NCBI GenBank assembly: GCA_038496445.1
Contig: JALMLS010000461.1
Coordinates: forward strand, 242,769-306,768
Direction of reading: 5' to 3'
Source of the DNA: Trichosphaerium sp. ATCC 40318
Taxonomy: Eukaryota; Protista; Tubulinea
Length of the DNA: 64,000 bases
Shown here: piece after piece, positions 62,165-64,000 of the stretch
Numbering within the stretch: the stretch's first letter is position 1
Layout of the letters: every line of letters starts with the position of its first letter
Notes under the pieces: generated by a model
Told to the model about the DNA's origin: nothing
The model's database searches: none
Seen by the model: the letters and a program-made list of their open reading frames with translations, nothing else
Position numbers and translations under genes: made by a program

Positions 62165-64000
62165 AGCGATCAACCAAATTTAGTGAAAAGTATAAAATGT
62201 CCCAACCACAGGTAAAATGTCCCCACTTTTCAACACTTTTTTTGAACAAAAAATTGATGCTACGCTCTTAAAAAAAAATCTTTTTTATTCTGATTTTAAC
62301 ATGATGTGTCCATTTGCGTTGAGTACCAGTTACCAAAAGATCGCCCTCCTGTACATTCTTCTTCGTGCATTTCAACCATTTTTTTTCCATCAAATTCTTT
62401 TAAGCAGCATGGGCATGACCCATACTGATCACAGACTTCACACCACACCCACGTAGATCCTCCCCTCCATATGCGCTCGCCACATATCTGACAGGTCTCA
62501 CATTCATTTTTGTACTTCTTCTTAGCAGTGGCAAGTTTTTTTTCCTGTTTTTTTTTTTCTTTTTTCTGTCTTGTCTCCTCTCTACGAACATTCTCCTCCT
62601 CAATTTTTTTTTGTTTAGCATCTCTCTTGAGTTGCCTTAGCTCTGCCTTGTGTTTAATTTCTTGTTCTTTATCTATCTTTTTTTTTTTTGCTAATTCAAC
62701 CATTTGGGTAGCAATATAAGCATCCCCTTTTGGTACTGTCATTGAACCGATTGTTAGGGCATTTACTTGATTGCTGTGGCTGTATAGCTCATCCATAGCG
62801 TTTTTGGCTTTTCTAGCAGTATCGGTGATGAAGGAAGGTGATTGTTTAGGTTGGACCCCTACATTTTTTGAAGCATGATTTAAGATCAACTTTCTGTTGT
62901 AGGGTATACAAATGGCTAATTTATTTCCAAATTAAGCGCAATCAATCTACATGTGTGGATTATTTATCAAAACATTGTTGCATCTGAAGATTGATTTGGG
63001 TATTGGTGACAAATGGCTAATTTATTTCCAAATTAAGCACAATCAATCTACATGTGTGGATTATTTATCAAAACATTGTTGCATCTGAAGATTGATTTGG
63101 GTATTGTAGGGTATCTAAATGACTAATTTTTATCTAAATTGGGCGACTAAATCAATCTAGGAGTATTGGTGACAAATAACTAATTTATTTCCAAATTAAG
63201 CACAATCAATCTACATGCGTGGATTATTTATCATAACATTTGATTGAATTTAGAGTATTGGTGACAAAACGCTAATTTATTTCCTAATTAAGCGCAATCA
63301 ATCTACATGTGTGGATTATTTATCAAAACATTCTCACATGTATTGATTGAATTTAGAGTATTGGCAACAAATAGCTAATTTATTTCCTAATTAAGCACAA
63401 TCAATCTACATGCATGGATTATTAATCAAAACATTCTTGCATGTATTGATTGAATTTAGAGTATTGGCAACAAATAACTAATTTATATCTAAATTAGGAC
63501 TATGTATGTCTAAATTGGAACAATTGGGTTATTAGTTATCAAAACGTTGTCACATCTTTAGATTGATTTGAGTATTGGTGACAAAACACTAATATTTATC
63601 CTTATTAGGACAAGGTGTATAAGGGTACAATGCCCACGGACTTCCATGCCGATTTTAAGATTTTGGGAGACAGTGCTTTGGTCTCTGCAGCTGCAACAGC
63701 CATTATGTCATAACGTTGTGTTTTATGTTTGATCTCTGTGCCACTTTCAATTGTAATTTTCCTGTTTAATTTATATGCCTGAGCTAGGGTAGCAAATGGC
63801 TTGTCATCTAAGGGTGCGTGAAATGTGAGGTATGAGGCACCCATGTGATAGTGTGTACATGTTTCAAGGCATTTTTGTAACGATTCTGTTTTAATGTGGA
63901 ATGTGGCTGGCCAATCTATCAAGAACAGGGCTGAAACTAAACAAGGCTTTGCCTTAAATATGAAGGCATTTTTTTAAAATCAGGCATTGATGGCAAAAAT
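62165..64000 (-). mobile_element. pogo/Tc1-mariner (DDE_1-like) transposon with C-terminal PHD-like finger; 5' part runs off the window
   Basis: ORF 63605-63922 (APLDDKPFA; AWKSVGIVP) and ORF 62296-62889 (Lys-rich coil, CQICG...WVWCEVC...CPCC). Subterminal AAAATGTCCC repeats at ~62194 and ~62214. TIR boundary uncertain. Confidence 0.75.
62905..63621. repeat. 717-bp insert of ~80-100-bp degenerate tandem repeats inside the transposase
   Basis: About 8 units of CTAATTTATTTCCAAATTAAGCACAATCAATCTACATG...; ends TATACA/TGTATA; flanked by AGGG on both sides. Confidence 0.9.

Noticed and set aside
62890-63628. Array as a normal GT-AG intron of the transposase
   Set aside because: The in-frame GT/AG pairs I found (e.g. 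GTACCC...GAAAG) delete the conserved PxN residues; TSD-like flanks fit an insertion better. Not fully excluded.
1-64000. Alternative genetic code or U12 (AT-AC) introns
   Set aside because: In-frame stops are explained by short GT/GC-AG introns, TAA, TAG and TGA all end genes, and I noticed no RTATCCTT donor at any required junction.

Overview
AT-rich (roughly 34% GC by eye), intron-dense eukaryotic DNA, probably a free-living amoeba-like protist (inferred from gene content and 30-130 nt introns). It uses the standard genetic code. About 25 protein genes can be rebuilt by manual splicing: TMEM222/RTE1-like, mitochondrial GatC, cyclin A, a CH-domain/CaaX protein, a divergent G-alpha, a single-TOG protein, F-box/LRR, two MORN proteins, a large RhoGEF-PH-Kelch-CRIB-STE20/PAK kinase, iodotyrosine deiodinase, a PI-PLC-like enzyme, a BK/Slo K+ channel, an ankyrin-DH-PH protein, a beta-helix secreted protein, a filamin-repeat protein, mucin-like surface proteins, BTB, a bacterial-type glycoside-hydrolase-like protein and an F-box gene. 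Mobile DNA includes a TTAA-ended transposon end, a 1.9-kb non-autonomous LTR element with TSD, PBS and PPT, MITEs, and a pogo-like transposase split by a 717-bp repeat insert. Main observations: (i) about 10-fold enrichment of the palindrome CACGTG across the window, largely in introns; (ii) at least 10 GC-AG introns and many AAG acceptors; (iii) a GEF and a PAK-type effector kinase in one polypeptide; (iv) a repeat element whose precise removal restores a transposase ORF. All gene models are manual and unverified by RNA data.
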